Shown piece by piece: positions 31,524 to 40,225 of a DNA stretch of 64,000 bases; position 1 is the first letter of the stretch, and each line of letters opens with the position of its first letter. The notes beneath the pieces were generated by a model that saw only the letters and a program-made list of their open reading frames with translations, did no database searches and had not been told where the DNA came from. The stretch lies in assembly GCA_032161105.1 (NCBI GenBank), contig JAVHTD010000007.1, one strand, 5' to 3'. Made by a program: the position numbers and the translations under genes. The stretch is from Candidatus Thermosaccharophagus tengchongensis. Lineage in GTDB: Bacteria; Armatimonadota; Fervidibacteria; Fervidibacterales; Thermosaccharophagaceae.

Positions 31524-31551
31524 TTGGACACCCGCATCCATTGATGGTTTC
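31524..31551 (-). promoter_or_regulatory. Putative ECF sigma-type promoter
   Basis: Minus strand GAAACC-N16-GTCCAA (…GGGTGTCCAA), about 63 nt upstream of the anti-sigma start. Confidence 0.45.
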
Positions 31552-31694
31552 GCAATTTTTGGCTTTCTGCTGCCATTCGTTCCAATGGATACAACCGTTC
31601 GGGATGATGCTACATAATGGTAATGATCACTTCACACAGGCAACGATGGTGGGATTTGCGCCTGTGAGGTGGGTCTTTCGGGAGGTGCAATGGC

Positions 31695-32699
31695 ATGGGC
31701 GGTTACAAAGTCTTTGTGACGCGCATGCTGCCCGAAGCCGCAATTGAGAAGCTGCGCAGTGCTCCGGAAGTCTCCGAGGTGAGAGTCAACCCGTATGATC
31801 GCGTTATAACGCGAGAGGAGTTGATTGAGGGTGTAAAGTGGTGCGATGCGTTGCTCTGCCTGCTCACAGACGCAATTGATGCAGAAGTGATGGACGCAAA
31901 CCCTAACTTGAAAGTGATTGCAAATTATGCCGTCGGATTCAACAACATAGATGTTGCGGAGGCGACGAAGCGCAAGATACCCGTGACAAACACGCCCGGG
32001 GTGCTCACTGAGACAACTGCTGATTTGGCTTGGGCTCTGATGATGGCGGTGGCAAGGAGGTTGAACGAGGCTGAGCGCCATTTGCGTTCGGGGAAGTGGG
32101 AAGGTTGGGGACCGATGCAATTTCTCGGCGCAGATGTGTGGGGCAAGGTTTTGGGCATAGTCGGTTTTGGGCGCATAGGGAAGGCTGTCGCAAGGCGTGC
32201 ATGGGGATTTGATATGCGCGTCATTTACTACGATTATGTGCGTGCCGATGAGGAGATAGAGAGAGCCCTCCGCGCCACTTATGTTCCATTTGATGAGTTA
32301 CTTGGGCAATCCGATTTTGTGAGCATACATGTGCCGCTCATAATGCACGGACCGAACAAAACATACCACATGTTCAGCGATAGGGAGTTTGATTTGATGA
32401 AGCCGACGGCTTTTCTCATCAATACATCTCGTGGTCCCGTCGTTGATGAAAAGGCACTCGTTAGGGCTTTGAAGGGGGGCAAGATAGCCGGTGCCGGATT
32501 GGATGTGTATGAGAACGAGCCGCAAGTTGAACCCGAGCTGCTTGAGATGGATAATGTCGTTCTTCTGCCTCACATAGGGAGCGCCACCACGGAAACAAGA
32601 ACGAAGATGGCTCTTATAGCCGTTGAGAATGTGCTTGCGGTGTTGCGCGGCGAGCGCCCACCGAATATCGTCAATCCGGAGATTTACGAGGGTGAGTAA
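31695..32699 (+). CDS. gyaR: D-glycerate dehydrogenase/glyoxylate reductase (D-2-hydroxyacid dehydrogenase)
   Basis: AVGFNNID, NTPGVLTETTAD, GFGRIG, INTSRG, GLDVYENEP, LPHIGSAT. Confidence 0.9.
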   Translation: MGGYKVFVTRMLPEAAIEKLRSAPEVSEVRVNPYDRVITREELIEGVKWCDALLCLLTDAIDAEVMDANPNLKVIANYAVGFNNIDVAEATKRKIPVTNTPGVLTETTADLAWALMMAVARRLNEAERHLRSGKWEGWGPMQFLGADVWGKVLGIVGFGRIGKAVARRAWGFDMRVIYYDYVRADEEIERALRATYVPFDELLGQSDFVSIHVPLIMHGPNKTYHMFSDREFDLMKPTAFLINTSRGPVVDEKALVRALKGGKIAGAGLDVYENEPQVEPELLEMDNVVLLPHIGSATTETRTKMALIAVENVLAVLRGERPPNIVNPEIYEGE

Positions 32700-32745
32700 C
32701 TGCCTGCGAGGCGCTCATATGCAACGGTGGTGAGGTTTTGCGCCA

Positions 32746-33612
32746 ATGATTGGTGGCATCATCTTGGTCGTTGTATTCGTGCTCGCCATTGCTGTTGCCT
32801 TTATCATAATCGTTCGGGCGCTTATCGGCACTGCCGAGGAGTGGTGGAGTAAGCCGCCGGAGGTAGCGTTGCAGCTTCCGCCGCCATCGGTCACCGGACC
32901 TGAGTGCATCGTGCTGGCATTTGCTGATATGTTCATTGAGGCAGCTGAGTCGCCATCAGAGCACCTCAAAACTCAGTTCACACAGGTGCCATCCTCTGGG
33001 ATGCATGTCCACAATAGGCAACTCGCCGAGGAAATGCTGTTTGCATCCTTTGTGTGGCTATTCCGTGAGGGTGCTATTGAATGGAGCTTGCGCAAGCGCA
33101 ACATAGACCCATTTTCACCGTTCCCACCGCGAGACTGGGAACTGCACATGCGTCCGATAAGGGCATTTCCGAGGACGCCATTCGGGCGCAACTTTGAAGT
33201 CGGCTTTAAGCGTGCGCTCAAATCGTGGCTCATACACAAGCCGGGCGATGACACAGCTTCAGTTGAAGAGGTCATTGAATTCTCGCTCCGTGAAATGCGC
33301 AAGCTGATGGGGCGCATGTGGCTTTCCGGGGACGCTTGTAAAGACCTCATTCAGTATGTGCAACGCTTCCTTGCCGAACAGGGTCTGTATGAAATGCATG
33401 AAGAAGTTGGCTTCCTCGGCAGGAGGATGCTCTCATTTAAGCCAATAAAGGAGCGCTTTGAGGAATTGCGACCACAGGCTGAGCAGCTGAAAGCGCAGCT
33501 GATGGAGTTCATGAGGGATGAGCCGACATTGGCAGAGCAGCTTCGCACGAGCATATCGGAGGGAATGGCAGCCATCAGGCAACTTGAACCCAACAGGGAT
33601 TTGTTCTTCTAA
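32746..33612 (+). CDS. Hypothetical membrane-anchored protein (possibly GPP34/GOLPH3-like)
   Basis: N-terminal TM; LFREGAI and LAEQGL..EEVGFLGR segments loosely resemble the GPP34 family. Confidence 0.5.
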   Translation: MIGGIILVVVFVLAIAVAFIIIVRALIGTAEEWWSKPPEVALQLPPPSVTGPECIVLAFADMFIEAAESPSEHLKTQFTQVPSSGMHVHNRQLAEEMLFASFVWLFREGAIEWSLRKRNIDPFSPFPPRDWELHMRPIRAFPRTPFGRNFEVGFKRALKSWLIHKPGDDTASVEEVIEFSLREMRKLMGRMWLSGDACKDLIQYVQRFLAEQGLYEMHEEVGFLGRRMLSFKPIKERFEELRPQAEQLKAQLMEFMRDEPTLAEQLRTSISEGMAAIRQLEPNRDLFF

Positions 33613-33763
33613 CAGCGGGCTTGTTAGTAAGGGCTGTTTTTAATTGAGCCCAAGTCAATCTTTGGATGGCAATTTTGTTTCTCGCTGTGGCAAGGCTCTG
33701 AGGCGCATCGCACACTATATGAGGAGTCCATTTGAACTCACAAGCTCATAATGGGTGAGGAGC

Positions 33764-34696
33764 GTGCGCATAGTCATAACCGGTGGGGCTGGTTTCATAG
33801 GCTCTCACTTGGTTAGGCGTTGGCTAAAGGAAGGGCACGAAGTTGTCGTAATAGACAACTTCATCACTGGCAGGCTTGAGAATCTACCTGATGGGAGCGG
33901 TGGGCGACTCACGCTCATCCGCTACGACTGCTGCAACTTCCTCTACATTGATGGTCATGTGGATTATGTTGCCCACTTTGCAAGTCCAGCCAGCCCAGCA
34001 GACTATTTGCGCCACCCAATTGAGACATTGCTTGTAAACTCTCTCGGCACATGGCGGACATTAGGGTTGGCTCGTGCTAAGGGGGCAAAGTATATCCTCG
34101 CTTCAACCTCCGAAGTTTATGGCGACCCACTTGTAAATCCGCAGAGTGAGAGCTATTGGGGAAATGTCAACCCGATTGGCATCCGCAGCGTGTATGATGA
34201 GGCGAAGCGCTTCGCTGAAGCGCTCGTTATGGCGTATCATCGTCAACATGGGTTAAACACTCGCATAGCTCGCATATTCAACACATACGGACCCGGGATG
34301 CGCCCGGATGATGGGCGTGTGATACCGAACTTCATCTGTCAAGCGTTGCGCAGTGAGCCGTTAACCATCCACGGTGATGGGACTCAGACACGCTCATTCT
34401 GCTACATAGATGACATGGTTGAGGGGATTGCAAAGCTGATGATGTCGGATTTGCATGAACCAGTCAATTTGGGCAACCCAAATGAAATGCGCATTATTGA
34501 CCTTGCCAAACTCATCATAAGGCTCACCGGGAGCAGGTCAGAGATCATGTTCAAACCGCTCCCTGAAGATGATCCAAAGCAGCGCCGACCGGATATAACC
34601 AAAGCAAAGCAACTGCTCAATTGGGAACCCAAAGTGCCAATTGAGGAAGGGCTTAAGTGCACCATTGAATACTTCAGGCGCTTACTATCACTTTAG
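33764..34696 (+). CDS. UDP-glucuronate decarboxylase family SDR
   Basis: [54 protein letters not shown] start after GAGGAG. Confidence 0.92.
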   Translation: MRIVITGGAGFIGSHLVRRWLKEGHEVVVIDNFITGRLENLPDGSGGRLTLIRYDCCNFLYIDGHVDYVAHFASPASPADYLRHPIETLLVNSLGTWRTLGLARAKGAKYILASTSEVYGDPLVNPQSESYWGNVNPIGIRSVYDEAKRFAEALVMAYHRQHGLNTRIARIFNTYGPGMRPDDGRVIPNFICQALRSEPLTIHGDGTQTRSFCYIDDMVEGIAKLMMSDLHEPVNLGNPNEMRIIDLAKLIIRLTGSRSEIMFKPLPEDDPKQRRPDITKAKQLLNWEPKVPIEEGLKCTIEYFRRLLSL

Positions 34697-34762
34697 CTCT
34701 CGCAAGCCAAACTGACCTTGATTGGCGAATCAAGTTGCCAAACACACCGTGAGGTGAACTGC

Positions 34763-35776
34763 GTGAAGGGGCAGCTCAAGTTTGTCCCTTGCACAATAGC
34801 ATTTTGTCTCTCCATCGGTGTGGCGGTTTCACAGGTCAAGGTGGATCAAATTGTGTATCGTGGGTGGGAGCATTCGTATCGGATAACAAACGGCATTGTT
34901 GAGGTGGTCGTCGTCCCGCAGATTGGTCGGATCATGAGTTACAGGTTTATTGATGGCGATAATGTGCTCTGGGAGAATGAGAAATGGTTTGGCAAGTTGC
35001 GCAGGGACGCAAAGCCGAACGAGTGGGCAAACTTCGGTGGGGATAAGGTATGGCCCGGACCGCAGAACCAGTGGAAGGAAGTGATGGGGCGTTCTTGGCC
35101 GCCTGATGAGGCATTTGATGGCGGTGAGTGCACCGTAAACGAACTCCAAGACGGAGTTGAGCTTGTCACTCCTGTGAGCCCATATTACGGTGCGTGGCTT
35201 GTTAGGGAAATTCGCCTCAGCGCTGATTCAACTCGCCTGACGATAAAGCAACGCCTTGAGAAGCTCCGCCTCCCAATTGTGGACATGCTGATATGGAGCG
35301 TGACGCAGATACGGTCGCCGGATTTGGTCCTGCTTCCGATTAACCCGAAGAGCAAGTTTGAGAACGGCTTCACCATACTCGCCGGGGGTGAAGTTGAGCA
35401 GCAATATCGGCGCATTGAGGATAACTTCCTGCTTGTGCGGCGACACCCGAATAAGGCGACCAAGGTGGGAACAGATGCGACTGAGTGCTGGTTGGCATCA
35501 TTTCACGGTGATGTGCTGTTTACGCAACATGCCAAGTTCGTTGAGGGTGCCGTATACCCTGACGGCGGTTGCACAGTTGAAGTTTACACCAACCCAGATG
35601 AACTCCCCTATGTTGAGCTTGAGCTGCTCAGCCCAATACTCAAGCTCGGTCTCGGTGAAGAAGCGCGGTTTGACATTGCGTGGCAGCTGCACAAACTGAA
35701 GGCTGTCCCGAAGGATGATTCCGAGCGCCTGCGCATCTTGAAGGAGCTCATCGAGCGCTCAAAAGTGCCGCTATAA
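34763..35776 (+). CDS. DUF4380-like secreted protein (mutarotase-like fold)
   Basis: Signal-like N-terminus; YRGW..ITNG..VVPQIGRIM..NVLW..NFGGDKVWPGPQ..EVYT..YVELELLSP. Confidence 0.6.
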   Translation: MKGQLKFVPCTIAFCLSIGVAVSQVKVDQIVYRGWEHSYRITNGIVEVVVVPQIGRIMSYRFIDGDNVLWENEKWFGKLRRDAKPNEWANFGGDKVWPGPQNQWKEVMGRSWPPDEAFDGGECTVNELQDGVELVTPVSPYYGAWLVREIRLSADSTRLTIKQRLEKLRLPIVDMLIWSVTQIRSPDLVLLPINPKSKFENGFTILAGGEVEQQYRRIEDNFLLVRRHPNKATKVGTDATECWLASFHGDVLFTQHAKFVEGAVYPDGGCTVEVYTNPDELPYVELELLSPILKLGLGEEARFDIAWQLHKLKAVPKDDSERLRILKELIERSKVPL

Positions 35777-35840
35777 GGTGCAGTGGATAAACTGCGACGC
35801 TTCGCCATCATTATGCACAAAGTAGCTTTGGAAGCAGCGC

Positions 35841-36875
35841 TCAACTTTTGAAGTGCTCATAGCCGCCGACGAGTTTTATGAGCCTTCCATGCTCATCAAT
35901 TCCGTAAACGCCCGGCTTGCCTGCTTCTGCTGAACCGACAATTGAGCATCTGACATTGCAAGTGCTCTCAACGGCATTGCAGACATGGCGCGCATGTTCT
36001 GCCGGGACAAACATAGCAAGCTCATAATCCTCTCCGCCATATAGCGCCATCTCAATCGGGGAGCAATTTAGCAGCTTGCTCGCGCTGATTGCCTGCTGGC
36101 TTATTGGAAGGCTCTCAAGTGAGAGGCATATGCGCACATCGCTCATCTCTGCGACCCTTTCCAAGTCGCTCACCAAGCCATCGCTCAAATCAATGGCGCA
36201 CTCACAAAGCCCTGTGGAGAGGACGGTCATTCCCTCGCGCACTCGCGGCACAGGTCTTAAATGCCGTGTTGCAAGCCACCTTAACGGTTTTGAGCGCATC
36301 ACAGCTTTCCGTCCAAAGCGTTGAAGGGCGAGCAGACCGATTGCTGAATCCCCGAGTGTGCCGGTAACGATGATCAGGTCGCCCGGCTTGGCATTGGAGC
36401 GCCTTGGCAGCTTGCCCTCACACCACCCTACAACACTCACCGATATGAAGATGCCTTTCTCGGAGCTTGATGTATCTCCACCGACTATAGCCACACCGAA
36501 GTTTGTGGCGAGCTCAATCATGCCGTGATAAAATTGGTGCACCCAACTGACCGCAATGTCGCATGGTAAGGCAAGCGACACGAACGCAGCAGCTGGCTTT
36601 GAAAACATCGCAGCCATGTCGCTCAAGTTGACCGCGAGCGCCTTCCATCCCAAATCGTATGGTGTTGCGTATGCTCGCTCAAAGTGGACTCCCTCAACGA
36701 TGGCATCGGTTGTTATGGCAATTTGCTTTGCGGCGCCGATGTTCAACACAGCTGTGTCATCACCAATGCCGATTGCCACATCCTCTCGGTCGCCAAATCG
36801 CTTCCCGAGCTCATCATATAGCCATTTGAGCAAGCCCCATTCACCAACATCCCTCAACGCTCTGCGCGCACGCAT
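35841..36875 (-). CDS. thiL: Thiamine-monophosphate kinase
   Basis: GIGDDTA, DAIVEGVHF, NLSDMAAM, GGDT, DLSDGL, GGEDYEL. Confidence 0.96.
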   Translation of the reverse strand: MRARRALRDVGEWGLLKWLYDELGKRFGDREDVAIGIGDDTAVLNIGAAKQIAITTDAIVEGVHFERAYATPYDLGWKALAVNLSDMAAMFSKPAAAFVSLALPCDIAVSWVHQFYHGMIELATNFGVAIVGGDTSSSEKGIFISVSVVGWCEGKLPRRSNAKPGDLIIVTGTLGDSAIGLLALQRFGRKAVMRSKPLRWLATRHLRPVPRVREGMTVLSTGLCECAIDLSDGLVSDLERVAEMSDVRICLSLESLPISQQAISASKLLNCSPIEMALYGGEDYELAMFVPAEHARHVCNAVESTCNVRCSIVGSAEAGKPGVYGIDEHGRLIKLVGGYEHFKS

Positions 36876-37540
36876 TATGAGCGCCCCCTGTATGTCTCAC
36901 AAATGCGCACGAGTTCTTTAACTGCTCTCAGAGGTTCATCTGACATCGCCACCGCGGATATAACGGCTATGGCATCAGCGCCGGCTTCAATGACCAAAGG
37001 GGCGTTCTCATGCGTGATGCCACCAATTGCAACCACGGGTATGCTGACAGCCGTTTTGACAGCCTTCACCATCTCAAGCCCGACAGCCTGAGCAGCATCT
37101 GGCTTTGTCGCCGTCGGAAACACGGCGCCAATTGAGACATAGTCGGCGCCCATTCTCTCAGCCTCAATGGCTTGCTCAACATTGTCAACGGAACGCCCTA
37201 TTAGCGCTCCTTCGCCCATGAGCTCCCTCGCAATCTCTATTGGCATGTCGTCATCTCCCAAGTGAACTCCGTCAGCTTTGCACGCCAATGCGACATCAAC
37301 CCTGTCGTTGATGATGAGCAATGTATCTGTGCATGCTGTCATTCGGCGCATCGTCATCGCCCATCCAATGAGCTCTCTTGTTGTGGCGTTCTTGTCACGA
37401 AGTTGGACGGCACAAGCACCGCCATCAACTGCAGCTTTGGAGATGGATATGTGATCGTGCAATGGGTTAATGTAGCGGTCGGTGATCACATAGACGCCAT
37501 GTATCTTTTGGCGCTTTTCATAGCGCAAACAAGACCGCAT
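36875..37540 (-). CDS. thiE: Thiamine-phosphate synthase
   Basis: VQLRDK, INDRVDVA, GVHLGDDD, FPTATK, AIGGI, AVISA. Confidence 0.96.
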   Translation of the reverse strand: MRSCLRYEKRQKIHGVYVITDRYINPLHDHISISKAAVDGGACAVQLRDKNATTRELIGWAMTMRRMTACTDTLLIINDRVDVALACKADGVHLGDDDMPIEIARELMGEGALIGRSVDNVEQAIEAERMGADYVSIGAVFPTATKPDAAQAVGLEMVKAVKTAVSIPVVAIGGITHENAPLVIEAGADAIAVISAVAMSDEPLRAVKELVRICETYRGRS

Positions 37541-37653
37541 CCTCGCTCACCAACTTCCGTCAGTCAATTGCGCGTGATATACTGACGCAATGTAATTGTA
37601 GCGTTTGAAATGTTTTACTCCACTTGGGTCTTCTCGGCGAGGGGGCAGTTTTC

Positions 37654-38373
37654 ATGAGCGGACTTTCAAGAGAGCGCTTTGCAATCCATATTTCGCAAGA
37701 TGGTGAATTGAGCTTCTTCAGTGTGCAGCTTGATGCGATGCACATACAGGCTTTGCTTGAGAGGACGATCAGGAAGAAAGCTCTGTGGAGGTTCGTTGGT
37801 GACCTTTTACCTGTGGGAGTGAAAGTCCCATTGCCAACTGGGGAGAGCGTTGATGTCCTCGCTGTGGATGGGTTATGCAACTGCGTTGGCGTGCTAATTG
37901 ACCTACAGCCTGCCAAGCCAATTTCACTCATCATTGGGCGCGCGATAGTCGTAGCATCATGGCTTGATGGTCTCTCATACGCAGATGTTCTGCGCATAGC
38001 GAGGGATTGGTGGGGAGAGCCGAATGCTGACCTGATTTCCGTTCACGCACAGATGTTTAGTGGGGCGGGCGGAGAGCAAATTGGTCGCCGCGGGGGAGTA
38101 ACCTCGGCTGGTTTTAACGAACACCCGATGGTGGTGATATTAACCGCAACCCGAGAGAGCCTACCTGAGCTGCACCGATACTTGCTCCGTCAGGGGATAT
38201 CCGTTGAGGTTGCACAAGTTGAAGCGTTTACTGATGATGCAGGAAGGGCTATAATTTGCGTTGAACGCGTTAGTGCAGTCGGTGCTCCGCCTCGCACGCC
38301 GACTCAACCTCATGGGGAGGTTATGGGGTTGGTGCAATCCTTCTTGAGCGCATTGGTTGAGCGCGGTGAATAA
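37654..38373 (+). CDS. Hypothetical protein, degenerate NucS/DUF91-like PD-(D/E)XK fold
   Basis: VGVKVPLPTGESVDVLAVD..ASWLDGLSYADV pattern, but the ExK and QxxxY motifs are absent; ATG 37654 after GAGGGGG. Confidence 0.5.
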   Translation: MSGLSRERFAIHISQDGELSFFSVQLDAMHIQALLERTIRKKALWRFVGDLLPVGVKVPLPTGESVDVLAVDGLCNCVGVLIDLQPAKPISLIIGRAIVVASWLDGLSYADVLRIARDWWGEPNADLISVHAQMFSGAGGEQIGRRGGVTSAGFNEHPMVVILTATRESLPELHRYLLRQGISVEVAQVEAFTDDAGRAIICVERVSAVGAPPRTPTQPHGEVMGLVQSFLSALVERGE

Positions 38374-38410
38374 CCATCAATCCAGTTGCTGAAGCCGGGG
38401 GTATTGCACG

Positions 38411-40201
38411 GTGATGTTGGAGTATCAGACAAAGCATTCAACGCACCTCAATCCGAGAGAGATATTTGAACTCGCCATAGAGGTGATGCTCACCCTCATT
38501 GATGGAGATGTGGGGTGGGTAATTGCGCACGATAGGTTGTCGGGTTCAACTCACATTGTGGCGCGCAGGGAGTTGGGCGGTCAAACTACATCCGCAATTG
38601 ATGAGAGGCATGTTAGCGAGTTGGCTATGGGTGTAATTCGCTCAGGAGAGCCACTTGTGCTGGATGCTGAAAGGGCATCTGAAGAGGAATTGGCGAAGCT
38701 TAAACGGTTTGGAATTGGTTCACTCATTGTTGCGCCGATGCTGTGCGGCGATCAAGTCATAGGAGCTATGTGCATTGTGAGCAAATTGAGGAAGCGATTT
38801 AAGCAAGCCGAGTTTGATGCAGTCTGGCAAACTGCTGCTAAGCTCGGTGACCTTGTAATTGGGTTCTCTCCGATGCCGTATGACTATGTCTCGCTGCGGC
38901 GTTACCTTGAATCGGCAGCTTGCATTGATGCTTCACAGCTGCTTGAGCGCAATATCAGTATACTCCTTCACCTTGCATTGCTCGCAACCCAATGCGAAGC
39001 CGGCATCCTCATACTCTGCTCACCAAAGGATAAGCGCACAAAAGCCCTTCTGATGCGCGGCAGCAAGGAGATGCTTGAAGGATTAAAGGAACGGATAAAG
39101 CCCATTGTGGGCTCGGATGGCGGTGAGATTGAAAAGCTTTCGCTTGACGATATGGTTGCAGCCTTTACAAGCGGAGTAAAGCATTATGCAGCTCTCATCA
39201 CAAATGCCTCTGGGGTTATCGGACAGCTAATCCTGTTCGGCGATGGGCGCGACTTCCCGTTGGGAAAGAAGCAGCGCGTTGTTGCCCAAATAGCAGCGCA
39301 TGCAGGCATAGCTATTGAACGAGTAGCCTCGCTGTTCTTGCTTGAGAGGATGATTTGGACGGATCCAGTAACTGGATTGGTTAACAAGCAATACTGGCTC
39401 GCGAAAGCCGAGGAGGAGATTGCGAGGGCTCGCAGAATGAGATTGCCGGTGAGCGCTGTGCTAATTGACCTTGATGGCTTTAAGGCGATTAACGACTTCT
39501 TAGGGCATGTAAAGGGAGACATCGTGCTCCGTCAGGTTGGCAGCGCATTGAGGAGGAATGTTAGGCGATATGATGTTGTTGCAAGAATTGGCGGTGATGA
39601 GTTTGCATTGCTTCTCCCAGCAACATCGCCCTCCGGGGCGATGGTTGTTGCCGAGAGGTTGCGCAGCCTAATTGAGAGCTTGGATTTAAGCAGCTCAGTT
39701 GGATGTGCAATCCGTTTGACAGCGAGTATAGGCGTGGCAACTGCACCAAAAGCTGGTGACACACCGGAGAAGCTCCTTGAGGCGGCTGACAGGGCAATGG
39801 CGATGGCGAAGCGCTCAGGAAAGAACCGAATAGCGCGTGATGAAAGCACCGGTGAGGAAGAGGAAGCAGCATGGGCGAACATATCACTCCTGTTTGACAC
39901 ACGCTTGGTCAAGTGGTTCGTGAGCAGGATATGCCACGAGATAAACAACCCAGCACAGGGCATACTCGGCATTGCGGAGTTGCTGTTGCAAAGGGTGGAA
40001 CCGCTCCCGGAGGATGTGCAGAATGAGATTGTGAGGGTGCAAAAACTCATTATGCGTATCCGTGAGGTGACGCACAAACTCGCCACTTCCTCTCATGCTG
40101 ACCTCGTGAAGTATGCCCGCGAGTTCGCCGAAGTGATGAATCGCATATCGCTGCCCAATGGTAACAACAATAGCACCGGCAGTGGACAGGCAAAGCCGTA
40201 G
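38411..40201 (+). CDS. GAF-GAF diguanylate cyclase with C-terminal HisKA-like segment
   Basis: TDPVTGL, IDLDGFKAIND..GHVKGD, I-site RRYD, GGDEF; C-terminal ICHEINNPAQGILGIAELL H-box. Confidence 0.88.
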   Translation: MMLEYQTKHSTHLNPREIFELAIEVMLTLIDGDVGWVIAHDRLSGSTHIVARRELGGQTTSAIDERHVSELAMGVIRSGEPLVLDAERASEEELAKLKRFGIGSLIVAPMLCGDQVIGAMCIVSKLRKRFKQAEFDAVWQTAAKLGDLVIGFSPMPYDYVSLRRYLESAACIDASQLLERNISILLHLALLATQCEAGILILCSPKDKRTKALLMRGSKEMLEGLKERIKPIVGSDGGEIEKLSLDDMVAAFTSGVKHYAALITNASGVIGQLILFGDGRDFPLGKKQRVVAQIAAHAGIAIERVASLFLLERMIWTDPVTGLVNKQYWLAKAEEEIARARRMRLPVSAVLIDLDGFKAINDFLGHVKGDIVLRQVGSALRRNVRRYDVVARIGGDEFALLLPATSPSGAMVVAERLRSLIESLDLSSSVGCAIRLTASIGVATAPKAGDTPEKLLEAADRAMAMAKRSGKNRIARDESTGEEEEAAWANISLLFDTRLVKWFVSRICHEINNPAQGILGIAELLLQRVEPLPEDVQNEIVRVQKLIMRIREVTHKLATSSHADLVKYAREFAEVMNRISLPNGNNNSTGSGQAKP

Positions 40202-40225
40202 CTGTAGCAAGGCATGCAGAGGTGA

